Shown here: positions 28,421-40,312 of the stretch, one piece after another | How the letters are laid out: every line of letters begins with the position of its first letter | Numbering within the stretch: position 1 is the first letter of the stretch | NCBI GenBank assembly: GCA_036275695.1 | Contig: DASUDI010000021.1 | Coordinates: forward strand, 5,311 to 69,310 | Length of the DNA stretch: 64,000 bases | DNA from: Minisyncoccota bacterium | GTDB lineage: Bacteria > Patescibacteriota > Minisyncoccia > Phycocordibacterales > UBA918 | Direction: 5' to 3' | The notes under the pieces: model-generated | Told to the model about the DNA's origin: nothing | The model's database searches: none | What the model saw: the letters and a program-made list of their open reading frames with translations, nothing else | Program-made: the position numbers and the translations under genes

Positions 28421-28434
28421 TTTATTTTTAAAAC

Positions 28435-28683
28435 TTACACAAGTATAGTGACTTTGTTTGAGTTAATTTCAAGCACTCCTTTTTGAATTTCAAAGGTTCT
28501 CTCAGTATCAGGAGTCACGACACGGATGGTACCTTCGCGTAGCATAGAGATGAGTGGTGCGTGGTGGGCGAGTATCGTCATCACTCCTTCACTTCCGGGG
28601 ACAGTCACTGAAATTGCATCACCTGAGAATAGTTGTGAATCGACTTTTGATATGACAAGTCTTAATTTTTTTACATCTGACAT
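28435..28683 (-). CDS. atpC: ATP synthase F1 epsilon (N-terminal beta-sandwich only)
   Basis: VPGSEGVMTILAHHAPLIS motif; ends at VTILV with no C-terminal helices. Confidence 0.9.
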   Translation of the reverse strand: MSDVKKLRLVISKVDSQLFSGDAISVTVPGSEGVMTILAHHAPLISMLREGTIRVVTPDTERTFEIQKGVLEINSNKVTILV

Positions 28684-28684
28684 A

Positions 28685-30100
<1,416 letters not shown>

Positions 30101-30102
30101 TC

Positions 30103-30155
30103 ATAAACGCTGTATGCGACACATCACCTGTGTGGTGTGTCGGAACAGTGTTTAT
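30103..30155. other. Long imperfect hairpin in the atpG-atpD spacer
   Basis: ATAAACGCTGT..CGACACATCAC-ctgt-GTGGTGTGTCG..ACAGTGTTTAT. Confidence 0.55.
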
Positions 30156-30156
30156 T

Positions 30157-31065
30157 CTATCGCTGCATCGCTTCGATACCTCCCGTAATCTCTGACACCT
30201 CTGCGGTAATCATTGCCTGGCGCTCTTTGTTGTAGAGTAACGTCAGAGAACGCACCATATCTTTTGTTTTATCAGTTGCGTTTTTCATTGCAATCATGCG
30301 CGCTGAATGCTCCGAGGCTTTATTTTCGAGAAGCGCGTGATACACCATAATTTCTACAATAAGTGCAAATATCACATCGAAAAGTGCGGTGGGTGGCTGT
30401 TCAGTAATGTACACAACAGGTGAGGATGGTGACGCATCATTACTATATCTACCTTCTCGTGGAAGAATATCGTGAACCATCCTTCTTACTTCATCAGGCA
30501 CCACAGGAAGAATTTGATGCGTTCGGGGATGCTGTTCAAATGTTGAGATGAAATTTTGGAATACTATGTGTACGGTATGATATGTGTTCGAAGAAAACGC
30601 GTTGAGGATGTGTGTTACGGTTGATTGCACGTCAGTAATCTGTATGTCGTCAGAAATATTGATAAAGTGTCGCGGTACTACATATCCTCGATTTTTGAAG
30701 TACTCGTATCCCTTTTTCCCAAAAGCAACAATTTCAACTTCATTTTTATTGTAGTGCGAGATATGCGACTCAGCCTCCTTGATGACCGCACTATTGAGGT
30801 TTCCCGCGAGCCCCTTATCTGACGTAACAACAATTACACAATGATGCGTTCCCGCACCGGGCGTGAGGAAACTGTGCGACTGTGCGTCATGGCTGCGAGA
30901 AATGTTTTCAAGAATACGAAACGCCGCCTCGGCAAAATGACGTCCTTCAAGCGCTCGTTGCTGACTTTTGCGCATTTTAACCGCAGAAACCGCCTCCATT
31001 GCCTTGGTGACTTTTCCTGTTTTCTGTGTTGCGATTATTTTGTTTTTAACGTGTTTTAGTGCCAT
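30157..31065 (-). CDS. atpG: ATP synthase F1 gamma
   Basis: KVTKAMEAVS, TSDKGLAG, SEHSARMIAMKNAT and RQAMITAE. Confidence 0.97.
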   Translation of the reverse strand: MALKHVKNKIIATQKTGKVTKAMEAVSAVKMRKSQQRALEGRHFAEAAFRILENISRSHDAQSHSFLTPGAGTHHCVIVVTSDKGLAGNLNSAVIKEAESHISHYNKNEVEIVAFGKKGYEYFKNRGYVVPRHFINISDDIQITDVQSTVTHILNAFSSNTYHTVHIVFQNFISTFEQHPRTHQILPVVPDEVRRMVHDILPREGRYSNDASPSSPVVYITEQPPTALFDVIFALIVEIMVYHALLENKASEHSARMIAMKNATDKTKDMVRSLTLLYNKERQAMITAEVSEITGGIEAMQR

Positions 31066-31073
31066 GGAGCCAG

Positions 31074-32645
31074 TTAGGTGGTGGTTGCGTAATAATGTTG
31101 ATGTGCATTCTTGAAATCAGCAATTGATGTTGTAATGTCAGAAATAAGCGCGTCAGTGAGTTCGCGACCTTTTTCGAGCGTATCAAGAATATGGGTACGA
31201 TCACGCTCAATAAATTCGATAAACATCTCTTCTACTGCACGCACCTTTTCAGGTTGTACGCCATTGAATATGCCGTTATTTGCCGCAAAAATAGCAACAA
31301 CTTGTTTAAAGAATGGCACTGGCTGATTTTGTGGCTGTTTTAATAATTCAACGTACGTGCGTCCTGAATCAATGCGCTTTTTGGTTTCCTCATCAAGATC
31401 AGACGCAAACTGCATGAATGCTTCAAGTTCACGAAACTGCGCTAATTCAAGTCGAATTTTACCTGAAACTTTTTTCATTGCTTTTGTCTGTGCTGATGAT
31501 CCTACGCGTGACACTGAGATACCGACATTGAGCGCGGGTCGGATACCCTTATTAAAGAGGTCAGTTTCTAGGAATATTTGTCCATCAGTAATTGAAATGA
31601 CGTTTGTTGGAATATACGCAGACACATCCCCTTCCTGTGTTTCAATAATAGGAAGTGCGGTAATTGAACCTCCTCCACGTTCTTTTGAAAGTTTTGCTGA
31701 ACGTTCGAGGAGTCGAGAATGAAGATAAAAAATATCACCAGGGTATGCTTCACGACCTGGCGGACGGCGTAAAAGAAGTGACATCTGTCGGTACGCGTTT
31801 GCGTGTTTTGATAAGTCATCAAGTACCACAACAACGTCCTTACCCTGTTGCATGAAGTATTCAGCAATTGCCATACCTGCAAAAGGCGCAAGGAATAAAA
31901 GAGGGGATGCTTCTGATGCTGAGGTGGCAACGATAGTTGTGTACTCCATTGCCCCCGCATCCTCAAGCTTCGCCATAAGTGTTGCGGTTTTAGAACGTTT
32001 TTGTCCTATGGCAACATAAATACATAATGGGCGTTTTTCCTTAGGTTCATATTTTTGATTGATAATCGTATCAATCGCGATAGTCGTCTTGCCTGTACCT
32101 CGGTCACCAATAATAAGCTCTCGCTGTCCCCGTCCGATGGGGATCATTGCATCAATTGCTTTGATACCGGTATGAATGGGCTCATTTACTGATGATCGAT
32201 CCATGACACCATACGCAACCCGTTCGATAGGCATTTCTGCCTGGGTGGCGATTGCACCCTTACCATCAATTGGTTCTCCAAGTGGATTTATGACACGACC
32301 TACTGTTCCCTCTCCGACGGGGATTGAAAGTAGTTTTTTTGTACGATATACGTGCATACCCTCTTTTACACGCCTCGTTTCTCCAAGCACCACAACTTTG
32401 ACGACATCTTCTTCAAGATTAAGAATGAGTCCTACGAGTGCTTGTTTGCTTGAGATAACTTCTTCAAGCGACTTTCCCATTCCATCATCAAATACCACCA
32501 TTTCCATCATCTGTGCCGTCCGCAAACCTGAAATCTCAGCAATACCATCACCCACCGAAATAACCTCTCCAACATCTTCTGGAATAGCGCTAGTTTCCAT
32601 GCGTGCAATTTCGTTCTTTATCGTCTCAATGATTGTTGTGCTCAT
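31074..32645 (-). CDS. atpA: ATP synthase F1 alpha
   Basis: [17 protein letters not shown] and [10 protein letters not shown]; start ATG 32645 (MSTTII). Confidence 0.97.
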   Translation of the reverse strand: MSTTIIETIKNEIARMETSAIPEDVGEVISVGDGIAEISGLRTAQMMEMVVFDDGMGKSLEEVISSKQALVGLILNLEEDVVKVVVLGETRRVKEGMHVYRTKKLLSIPVGEGTVGRVINPLGEPIDGKGAIATQAEMPIERVAYGVMDRSSVNEPIHTGIKAIDAMIPIGRGQRELIIGDRGTGKTTIAIDTIINQKYEPKEKRPLCIYVAIGQKRSKTATLMAKLEDAGAMEYTTIVATSASEASPLLFLAPFAGMAIAEYFMQQGKDVVVVLDDLSKHANAYRQMSLLLRRPPGREAYPGDIFYLHSRLLERSAKLSKERGGGSITALPIIETQEGDVSAYIPTNVISITDGQIFLETDLFNKGIRPALNVGISVSRVGSSAQTKAMKKVSGKIRLELAQFRELEAFMQFASDLDEETKKRIDSGRTYVELLKQPQNQPVPFFKQVVAIFAANNGIFNGVQPEKVRAVEEMFIEFIERDRTHILDTLEKGRELTDALISDITTSIADFKNAHQHYYATTT

Positions 32646-32664
32646 AGGTATGTGGTTGCTAAAA

Positions 32665-33042
32665 TTATTGAATAACAGTTTTGTAGAGGTGGATAAGTTT
32701 CTTTTTGAATGATGTATCAATGACGCGATTTTGATACTGTACACGCATACCGCCAATAAGTGACGCATCTACGTCTATATCATAATCCTTTGCACCAAGT
32801 GTTGTTAGTAACTTTGCTATTGAATTTGCTTCAATGTTCTGCGCATCCGCGCGTGCAAGTGTAACATGTGCCTTATTGCTTGATTCTGAATTTTTAATTT
32901 CACACATAAGACCACGTAGTACAGGTATCAGAAGTTTTTCGTGTCCACGAGTGCGCAGAGTGTATGTGAGACCCTCAATAACTGAATCAATAGGTTGCGT
33001 ATTGAGTGCTTCACGTGCTGCTTTGATATATCTATCTTTCAT
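32665..33042 (-). CDS. atpH: ATP synthase delta (short)
   Basis: DASLIGG..VIDTS C-terminal motif; lies between atpF and atpA. Confidence 0.85.
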   Translation of the reverse strand: MKDRYIKAAREALNTQPIDSVIEGLTYTLRTRGHEKLLIPVLRGLMCEIKNSESSNKAHVTLARADAQNIEANSIAKLLTTLGAKDYDIDVDASLIGGMRVQYQNRVIDTSFKKKLIHLYKTVIQ

Positions 33043-33048
33043 ATATCA

Positions 33049-33498
33049 TTACACATTTTTCTCCCGCAATATTTTTTCTGCCATAAGTATGGCTGTTTTT
33101 ACAATCTCTGCCTCACTCTCTTTCTGTGCGTTTTTTTGAATTTCTCTGCTTCGTGTTTCAGCACCCTCAATGATGAGTTTCGCTTTATGATGTGCTTCGT
33201 CAATGGAGGTTTGTGAGGTAGCTTCCGCGTACTGCTTTGCTCGCACACTAATCGCTTCTGCTTCTTGATGTGCGGTACTAAGTATTTGATTTTTTTGAAT
33301 ATCAGCGCGTGCGAGTGCCTGTTCAGCATTCTTCGCATCTTCGAGACCTTTTTTAATTTTTGCTTCGCGTTCTGAGAGGATTTTTAGAATTGGGTTATAG
33401 AGAAAATACGTTAAAACACTTGCGAGAATTGCAAAGTTAATGATTTGAATAACAATTAATTTTCCGTTTATACCAAATGCATGTAGTATTTCCTCCAT
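33049..33498 (-). CDS. atpF: ATP synthase F0 subunit b
   Basis: QIINFAIL..YNPILKILSER followed by coiled coil. Confidence 0.93.
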   Translation of the reverse strand: MEEILHAFGINGKLIVIQIINFAILASVLTYFLYNPILKILSEREAKIKKGLEDAKNAEQALARADIQKNQILSTAHQEAEAISVRAKQYAEATSQTSIDEAHHKAKLIIEGAETRSREIQKNAQKESEAEIVKTAILMAEKILREKNV

Positions 33499-33509
33499 AT
33501 GTTTTCTCT

Positions 33510-33761
<252 letters not shown>

Positions 33762-33784
33762 CTATAATGTTATCTCAAGCATAC

Positions 33785-33829
33785 TGGATAACTGATGAAG
33801 CGCGATACTCACGCACCATCAGTTATCCA
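33785..33829. other. Inverted repeat in the atpB-atpE spacer
   Basis: TGGATAACTGATG / CATCAGTTATCCA, perfect 13-bp arms. Confidence 0.6.
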
Positions 33830-33834
33830 CTAGA

Positions 33835-34614
33835 CTAATGCGGTTCCGCAATTGCAAGTTTAATAAAAAAGAGCGTCAAAACCGCAAATATGAATGCTTG
33901 TATGAACCCCACAAACATTTCAAACGCGAGGATGGGGACAGGAAGTACAAATGGTACAAAAAACATTGCAATAACGAGTAATGTTTTGCCAGCAAAAATA
34001 TTCCCGAATAAACGAAATGAAAATGACACAAGGCGCGCAAGCTCGCTAAATAACTCAATAATACCAATTAAAAATGCGAGAGGTGATGAGAAGTTGATAA
34101 ATTTTGATCCATACTTAAAAAATCCTAATGAAATAATTCCAATAATTTCAATGGCGAAAAAGGCAACAAGTGCGAAGCTGATGGTGATATTGAGGTCAGT
34201 GTTTGCCGGATGAAGAAAAGGAACAAGTGTCTCTTCTCCATGTACCCCCTTTATAATACCGATAGAATCAACACCAGGAAGGAGTCCAACCCAATTAAGG
34301 GTGAGTACAAACATAAATATTGTCATGAGGAGCGGAAAGTAACTTCGCGCAAGTTTCTTACTTTCAAGAGTATCAGCAACATAATCAAACGCACCACCCA
34401 CAACGATTTCCATTGAAGATTGGAGTTTGCTAGGGGCGAGGCGTATGTTTCGATATATAGCAAATGCAAGTGCGGTAAGTAGACCCATCACAAACCATGA
34501 CATTATAAGCGTGCTTGTGATAGGTACACCAAAAGCGTACCCAAGAATACTGGGAGCAAGGTGAATTTCAATCCCCCCTTCACTTGCCGCAAATGCAGTC
34601 TGTGCTAAAAACAT
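33835..34614 (-). CDS. atpB: ATP synthase F0 subunit a
   Basis: NWVGLLPG, SFSFRLFGNIFAG and GFIQAFIF. Confidence 0.96.
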   Translation of the reverse strand: MFLAQTAFAASEGGIEIHLAPSILGYAFGVPITSTLIMSWFVMGLLTALAFAIYRNIRLAPSKLQSSMEIVVGGAFDYVADTLESKKLARSYFPLLMTIFMFVLTLNWVGLLPGVDSIGIIKGVHGEETLVPFLHPANTDLNITISFALVAFFAIEIIGIISLGFFKYGSKFINFSSPLAFLIGIIELFSELARLVSFSFRLFGNIFAGKTLLVIAMFFVPFVLPVPILAFEMFVGFIQAFIFAVLTLFFIKLAIAEPH

Positions 34615-34718
34615 AAATACGCCCGCATTTTAACAAAAAATTTTATAAAAACAAGAAAGATTTGTTTTTGTTCTGTGATTTATCCACAAAATAAAAAATA
34701 TCATATACGCTCGTGATA

Positions 34719-34746
34719 TTGACGCACTGCCGTAAAATGGTAGTAT
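34719..34746 (+). promoter_or_regulatory. Promoter of tRNA-Ala
   Basis: TTGACG-16 nt-TAGTAT with extended TG, 30 nt before the tRNA. Confidence 0.55.
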
Positions 34747-34776
34747 ACGTGGGTTCTATCGTATAGAACATACTTC

Positions 34777-34850
34777 GGGCCCGTAGCTCAGTTGGCTAGA
34801 GCGTCTGTTTTGCACTCAGAAGGTCGCTGGTTCAAGTCCAGTCGGGTCCA
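34777..34850 (+). tRNA. tRNA-Ala (anticodon UGC), CCA not encoded
   Basis: Cloverleaf with acceptor GGGCCCG/CGGGTCC (G3:U70 Ala determinant), anticodon loop TTTGCAC, T-loop TTCAAGT. Confidence 0.95.
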
Positions 34851-34852
34851 CA

Positions 34853-34888
34853 AAAAAATCACTCAGTTATCTGACTGAGTGATTTTTT
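34853..34888 (+). terminator. Terminator after tRNA-Ala
   Basis: AAAAAATCACTCAGT-tatctg-ACTGAGTGATTTTTT. Confidence 0.8.
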
Positions 34889-34969
34889 AGTCTCTAATGA
34901 CATAGTGCGCGAATTGCGCATACGTACCAGTGTGAAAAAAATTCTAATCTGATATACTAGCGCGTATCA

Positions 34970-35040
34970 CAGGCTATAGTATACCGGTAGTACGCGTCCA
35001 TGGGGTGGATGTAGACTGGGTTCAATTCCCAGTAGCCTGA
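34970..35040 (+). tRNA. tRNA-Pro (anticodon GGG), CCA not encoded
   Basis: Acceptor CAGGCTA/TAGCCTG with A73, anticodon loop ATGGGGT, T-arm CTGGG-TTCAATT-CCCAG; TGaTATACT at 34950-34958. Confidence 0.92.
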
Positions 35041-35056
35041 CACGCACAAATCGCTG

Positions 35057-35350
35057 TCAATGCTTAAAAATTGTTTCAATTTTTAGTGCAAGACGCATGT
35101 CATCTCTTGAAATTTTTTGTGACGTATCTTTTTTTACAATCGTGACAGATACCTGATCGTGTTGTATTTGCACAACTGGGTAGTGCTTGTATATTTCTGC
35201 GTACACCGCGATGCGTGCGACATGCGCAAGCGCGTCGATGTAACTATCAACCACAAACGACTTATTGAGTCTTGAATGAGTCTTATTCAAGACCCAACCA
35301 GATAAAAGTTCTGTGTCAGCGCCCACCTTTTGAGTATTGTGTCTCTTCAT
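35057..35350 (-). CDS. Pterin-4-alpha-carbinolamine dehydratase-like protein (degenerate)
   Basis: LSGW..L.KSF..AL..V..IA..AE..HYP and ISRDD..LA..IE; canonical HHP and TH motifs altered. Confidence 0.65.
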   Translation of the reverse strand: MKRHNTQKVGADTELLSGWVLNKTHSRLNKSFVVDSYIDALAHVARIAVYAEIYKHYPVVQIQHDQVSVTIVKKDTSQKISRDDMRLALKIETIFKH

Positions 35351-35362
35351 GGTGTAATAGTA

Positions 35363-36331
35363 TCACGACCTTCGCATCGCATCAGTAATTAAGTGTGTAA
35401 TAAAATCCTGATATTGCGCACCGACTGCGGTGAGTGCTTTTGGAAAAATCGATTTCATAGAAAGTCCTGGTAGCGTATTTACTTCAAGAAAATAAATAGT
35501 ATCGTTTGCAATGATAAAGTCAGAGCGCGAATACTGGGATAAATCTAACGTCTGATGTACGAGCTTTGCAAGACGAATAACCTCGCGTTTTGTCTCGTGA
35601 CTAAATCGTGCGGGACATATCTCCTCAGTCATGCCATCATATTTACTCTGAGTATCAAAAAAATCACCTTTGGGAACAATCTCAACTGGTGGCAGTCCGT
35701 AGAGATTTTCATTGCGAAAACGTTCTATGACTCCACAAGTAACTTCCCTTCCTGGTATTCGTGCCTCCACCATTATTTCGTCATAGCGCGAAAGTGCGTC
35801 TGAAATTGCTTGTGAAAGCATGAGTGGGTTTTTTACCATCATGGTACCCGAGGACGATCCAGAACATGTGGGTTTTATCACATATTGAGGTCCGAACATG
35901 TCGGCTATTTTTTCAGCAATGCGCGCGGTGTCAGCAAGTGAATCTCGAGAAATGTGAAGATGTGGTGCCATAGGAATCCCTGTCTGTTCAAGAAATTTCT
36001 TCGTAGTCACTTTATTCATTGCAACCGCAGAGGAAAATGCCTTACTGCCTGTATAGGGAACACCGTACCTGTCCATAAGTCGTTGCACTACACCATCCTC
36101 TCCATACGTGCCGTGTAGCGCGTTAAAAACGACATCAACAGACTGAAAAATATGTTCTGGGAGCCACACTTTACCATTACAGAGCCACTCACCTTGTCTT
36201 GTGATGATGACGTCAATTGGGTCAAAATGTGTCCTGTCAATAAACTCGAGCACCGTGGCACCCGTCCACAACGACACTTCATATTCATCGCTGAGACCAC
36301 CACGAAGCACTGCAACTCTAATTTTTTGCAT
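35363..36331 (-). CDS. ddl: D-alanine--D-alanine ligase
   Basis: GGLSDEYEVSL, ALHGTYGEDG, GSS, KYD, SRSDF and EVNTLPG. Confidence 0.92.
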   Translation of the reverse strand: MQKIRVAVLRGGLSDEYEVSLWTGATVLEFIDRTHFDPIDVIITRQGEWLCNGKVWLPEHIFQSVDVVFNALHGTYGEDGVVQRLMDRYGVPYTGSKAFSSAVAMNKVTTKKFLEQTGIPMAPHLHISRDSLADTARIAEKIADMFGPQYVIKPTCSGSSSGTMMVKNPLMLSQAISDALSRYDEIMVEARIPGREVTCGVIERFRNENLYGLPPVEIVPKGDFFDTQSKYDGMTEEICPARFSHETKREVIRLAKLVHQTLDLSQYSRSDFIIANDTIYFLEVNTLPGLSMKSIFPKALTAVGAQYQDFITHLITDAMRRS

Positions 36332-36387
36332 AGTAATATGTATATATAGTGTAACACTCACGTATGCAAGTTACTATGTGCTTATGT

Positions 36388-37617
36388 TTATTTTATGCGA
36401 GCACGTCTTTTCTTCCTGTGCAATGATAAGGCAAAACGATGTGACTCAGCATTTGCGAGGACGATTTGCTGCCGATATTCTTGAATTATTCTTTCATCAC
36501 CGCGTATATCTTTCGGTTTGTGGTGTTCATCTTTGACAACTCCGACGACGGGAATGACAAGTTTATTTTGCTTTAACACTGACTCAGCAATTCGTATCTG
36601 TGCAACCCCGCCATCTACCACAACTAACCCCGGATGCTCCCATTCTGTATGTTTAAAGCGACGCGTGAGTGTTTCTTTTAATGCTTGCGTGTCGTGTGAC
36701 TTCTTGACTGACTGTATGTTGAAGGCGCGATATGCTGATTGCTTGCGTTCGCCCCTATCTACGACCACCATTACTCCCGTCATGTCGTCACCCTGAAGGT
36801 GCGCGACATCAAATGCTTCAATGCGAAAGGATAACGCATCCTTATAGTCACGCAGATCGTCACGGATGAGCGCAATATCTTGAATGTGTCTCAAAGCAAA
36901 AATCCTTCGTTTAAGTTGCTGAGCCTCCTCAAACGCTTCTTTTTTTGCGGCACGCATCATGTTTCGTTCAAGTTCAGTGATAATCTGCTTCTTTTTGCCC
37001 TCAAACAGAAGTCGTATATGACGTATAGTTTGCGCATAGGCTTCACTACTTACATTTTTTGGATACAACCCAATTTGCGTATTGAAATTGAGTTTTCCCT
37101 TGTCGAGTTTCGTGGTGTGTGCTTTCGCTGATACGCTACCATCAAAAAATTGAAAGAGTTTTCGAATAATGCGCATTGCCTCCCTAAATTGCGTACCATT
37201 GGGAAATGGCCCAAATATATGGCTGTATGTGCTATCTGCATCATTGGCAAGATCTTTTCCACGCACAATGAGTACGCGAGGGAATGATTCCTTTGTAATA
37301 ACTACATGGTTGAAACTTTTGTCATCCTTTGTACGTGTGTTGTAGTGTGGCTTGTGTGTGCGTATGAGGTTTGCCTCCATAAGCATTGCTTCAAGGACGG
37401 AGTCGGTTATCTCCCATTCGACAGTACAGGCTTCACGCACCATTTTCTCAATGAGGACACTTCGTTTCTCATGTATCGAGTTGTCAAAGTAACTCCGGAT
37501 ACGTGTTCTGAGTGAAGTCGCTTTGCCAATGTATAAGATTTTTTTTTGAGTATCGAGAAAAAAGTAAACACCAGGGGCATTGGGGATTTTAAGTTTTTGA
37601 AACATTTCAAGATTCAT
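36388..37617 (-). CDS. uvrC: Excinuclease ABC subunit C (shortened)
   Basis: PGVY..YIGKA (GIY-YIG), UVR domain, RIEAFDVAH..VVDGG (RNase H-like); no HhH tail. Confidence 0.88.
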   Translation of the reverse strand: MNLEMFQKLKIPNAPGVYFFLDTQKKILYIGKATSLRTRIRSYFDNSIHEKRSVLIEKMVREACTVEWEITDSVLEAMLMEANLIRTHKPHYNTRTKDDKSFNHVVITKESFPRVLIVRGKDLANDADSTYSHIFGPFPNGTQFREAMRIIRKLFQFFDGSVSAKAHTTKLDKGKLNFNTQIGLYPKNVSSEAYAQTIRHIRLLFEGKKKQIITELERNMMRAAKKEAFEEAQQLKRRIFALRHIQDIALIRDDLRDYKDALSFRIEAFDVAHLQGDDMTGVMVVVDRGERKQSAYRAFNIQSVKKSHDTQALKETLTRRFKHTEWEHPGLVVVDGGVAQIRIAESVLKQNKLVIPVVGVVKDEHHKPKDIRGDERIIQEYRQQIVLANAESHRFALSLHRKKRRARIK

Positions 37618-37635
37618 ACCACTACTATGGTTACG

Positions 37636-40272
37636 TTACAAAATGTTTTTAAGATATGTTCCTGTATGAGATTTTTGATTATGGGCAACTTCTTCGGGAG
37701 TTCCTTTTGCCACCAATGAGCCGCCACCACTCCCGCCCTCAGGACCAATATCAATGATGTAATCTGCGCACTTTATTAAATCAAGATTATGCTCAATCAC
37801 TATTACCGTGTTTCCCTTTATAACAAGTTCCTGCAATATCTCAATAAGTTTCCGCACATCTTCGTAATGAAGACCGATAGTTGGTTCATCCAGGAGATAT
37901 ATTGTTTTTTGTGTATGTGGTCGATACAATTCGGAAGCGATTTTTACACGCTGCGCCTCGCCCCCAGAGAGAGTTGTGGCGCTTTGTCCAAGCTCTAAAT
38001 ACCCAAGTCCTACATGAAGGAGCGATTGTAAGCGATCATGAATCGCGGGTACATCATTGAAAAATGCACCCGCTTCTTCAATGGTCATGTGAAGCACTTC
38101 ATCAATATTTTTGCCTTTATAATGTACTTCAAGTGTTTCTTTGGTAAACCGTTTGCCGTCACACACATCGCAGGTCACAAATACGGTGGGGAGAAAATGC
38201 ATTTCAACAGCAACTTCACCGTTTCCTTGACATGCTTCACAGCGTCCGCCTTTTACGTTAAATGAAAATCTATTTGGCTTCCAACCTCGCGCGCGTGCCT
38301 CATTTGAATGTGCGAAAAGGTCACGTATATGGGTAAACGCCCCCGTATATGTTGCGGGGTTTGAGCGTGGCGTTCTCCCAATTGGTGATTGATCGATAAG
38401 AATTTCCCTGCCAAGATATTCTGTACCGTTAAATGATGTTGCGTTGTAGGTATGTGGAGTCCTAAATTTTTTATCAAGGCGCGAACGGAGGTTACGATGT
38501 ACAATTTCATACATGAAAGTAGATTTGCCACTCCCTGAAACTCCGGTAATGGCCACGAGCCTTCCGAGAGGAATATCCACATTCATATTTTTAATATTGA
38601 ATGCCTTTCCACCTCTTACTTTGAGTGAGCCTTTTTCGCTATCACGTCTTTTCTTAGGTACCTCAATTTTTTTAGTACCACGTAGGTAATCAAGGGTACA
38701 TGAGCCAGAAGTATTTGAAGGTGCGTCGAGAAGAGGTTTTAGATATCCTGAAACAACCACTTCCCCACCATGTATACCTGCTCCTGGTCCAATATCTACA
38801 ATGTAATCAGATGCGAATATCGTATCTTCATCATGTTCCACAATAATGATACTGTTACCGAGGTCACGAAGTTCGGTGAGTGTTTTAATAAGTCGAGCAT
38901 TATCACGCTGATGTAATCCTATGGTTGGTTCATCAAGGACATACATTGCACCCACAAGCCCTGAACCAAGTTGTGAGGCGAGGCGTATACGCTGCGCCTC
39001 GCCTCCCGAGAGAGTATTTGCTCGCCGATTGAGTGTGAGATACTCAATGCCAACATTTATCATAAAATCAAGTCTCTCAATTATTTCGCGAAGAGCTGGC
39101 CACGCAATTTCCTGATCTTTTTTTGAAAGTTTGAGTGCTGAAACAAATTCTACAGCCTCCGCTATGGTCATATTAGTAAAATCAACAATATTTTTTCCAA
39201 GGTGTTTTGCGTCACCGCCAATATATACGCGAAGCGCTTCTGGTCGAAGACGAGCACCATTGCACGCAGAACAGGTGTCAGTATTAAAAATGCCTGTCGT
39301 GCCAAGTCCGTTACATTCAGAACAAGCACCGTACGGTGAATTAAATGAAAAGAGGCGTGGCTCAACTTCTGGAAACGATGAACCATCAGTTGGGCAAATA
39401 AATTTTGCTGAGAGCATACGTTCATCGCCATCCGGTGTACGCACTTTTACGAGTCCACCCGATTCACGAAGTGCTAATTCTACCGCTTCTGAAAGTCGTT
39501 CTCTTGCATTTTTGGGTGAGTGTTCAAATTCACTCACATATATTTCATCAACAAGCACGTCAATATCATGACGCTTTGTCTTAGTAAGTATAATTTTTTC
39601 ACGAAGTTGCTTTACTTCACCATCGATTCGAATAGTTTCGTATCCCTTAGAAAGCAAATCATACAATAGTTGGTAGTACTCACCTTTTCTACCAACGACA
39701 ACGGGTGAAAAGATTGAGACTCGTGCTGAACTCACTTCAACACCAAGTACATTGGTAACATCGGACTTTAATCGTTTGACTTCCCTATCTTCAATTGATT
39801 TTTGAATAATTCCGAGAATTTCGTCTTGTGATAGTTTCTGAATCGGAATATCAACGTCGAGACAGTATGGCTGACCTATGCGCGCGTATAAAATACGAAG
39901 ATAATCATATATCTCAGTAATTGTCGCAACGGTCGATCGAGGGTTGCGTGACGCTGATTTCTGATCAATTGATATTGCGGGCGAAAGTCCGCGTATCTCA
40001 TCAACATCAGGTTTCTGCATTTGCCGTAGAAACTGACGAGCATACGATGAAAGTGATTCGACATACCGTCGCTGACCTTCGGCAAAGATGGTGTCAAACG
40101 CAAGTGATGATTTGCCACTTCCAGAAAGTCCGGTAAATACCACCATCTTATTTCTTGGAATTTCTAAATCAATATTCTTTAGATTGTGGGTACGGGCTCC
40201 GCGAATCGTAATTTTTTCATCATGTGGACCATCACATGCAGCCTTATTTTTTGAGTCTTTTTTGTGCACCAT
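37636..40272 (-). CDS. uvrA: Excinuclease ABC subunit A
   Basis: Two ABC modules ([26 protein letters not shown] twice) and [11 protein letters not shown]. Confidence 0.97.
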   Translation of the reverse strand: MVHKKDSKNKAACDGPHDEKITIRGARTHNLKNIDLEIPRNKMVVFTGLSGSGKSSLAFDTIFAEGQRRYVESLSSYARQFLRQMQKPDVDEIRGLSPAISIDQKSASRNPRSTVATITEIYDYLRILYARIGQPYCLDVDIPIQKLSQDEILGIIQKSIEDREVKRLKSDVTNVLGVEVSSARVSIFSPVVVGRKGEYYQLLYDLLSKGYETIRIDGEVKQLREKIILTKTKRHDIDVLVDEIYVSEFEHSPKNARERLSEAVELALRESGGLVKVRTPDGDERMLSAKFICPTDGSSFPEVEPRLFSFNSPYGACSECNGLGTTGIFNTDTCSACNGARLRPEALRVYIGGDAKHLGKNIVDFTNMTIAEAVEFVSALKLSKKDQEIAWPALREIIERLDFMINVGIEYLTLNRRANTLSGGEAQRIRLASQLGSGLVGAMYVLDEPTIGLHQRDNARLIKTLTELRDLGNSIIIVEHDEDTIFASDYIVDIGPGAGIHGGEVVVSGYLKPLLDAPSNTSGSCTLDYLRGTKKIEVPKKRRDSEKGSLKVRGGKAFNIKNMNVDIPLGRLVAITGVSGSGKSTFMYEIVHRNLRSRLDKKFRTPHTYNATSFNGTEYLGREILIDQSPIGRTPRSNPATYTGAFTHIRDLFAHSNEARARGWKPNRFSFNVKGGRCEACQGNGEVAVEMHFLPTVFVTCDVCDGKRFTKETLEVHYKGKNIDEVLHMTIEEAGAFFNDVPAIHDRLQSLLHVGLGYLELGQSATTLSGGEAQRVKIASELYRPHTQKTIYLLDEPTIGLHYEDVRKLIEILQELVIKGNTVIVIEHNLDLIKCADYIIDIGPEGGSGGGSLVAKGTPEEVAHNQKSHTGTYLKNIL

Positions 40273-40312
40273 GAAGCATAGTATAGCTTAAAACCGCAAT
40301 TTAAGAAACGAG

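Noticed and set aside
32646-32768. N-terminal extensions in the ORF track (atpA; likewise rpoA, ccdA, the HD protein and 54083-55225)
   Set aside because: They overlap upstream genes and precede the conserved N-termini, so downstream ATGs were used
34615-35056. Replication origin
   Set aside because: Only one perfect DnaA box, no dnaA/dnaN, and gene orientation stays on the - strand on both sides
34777-35060. tRNA-anchored genomic island
   Set aside because: No integrase and no duplicated tRNA 3' end noticed; neighbours are core genes
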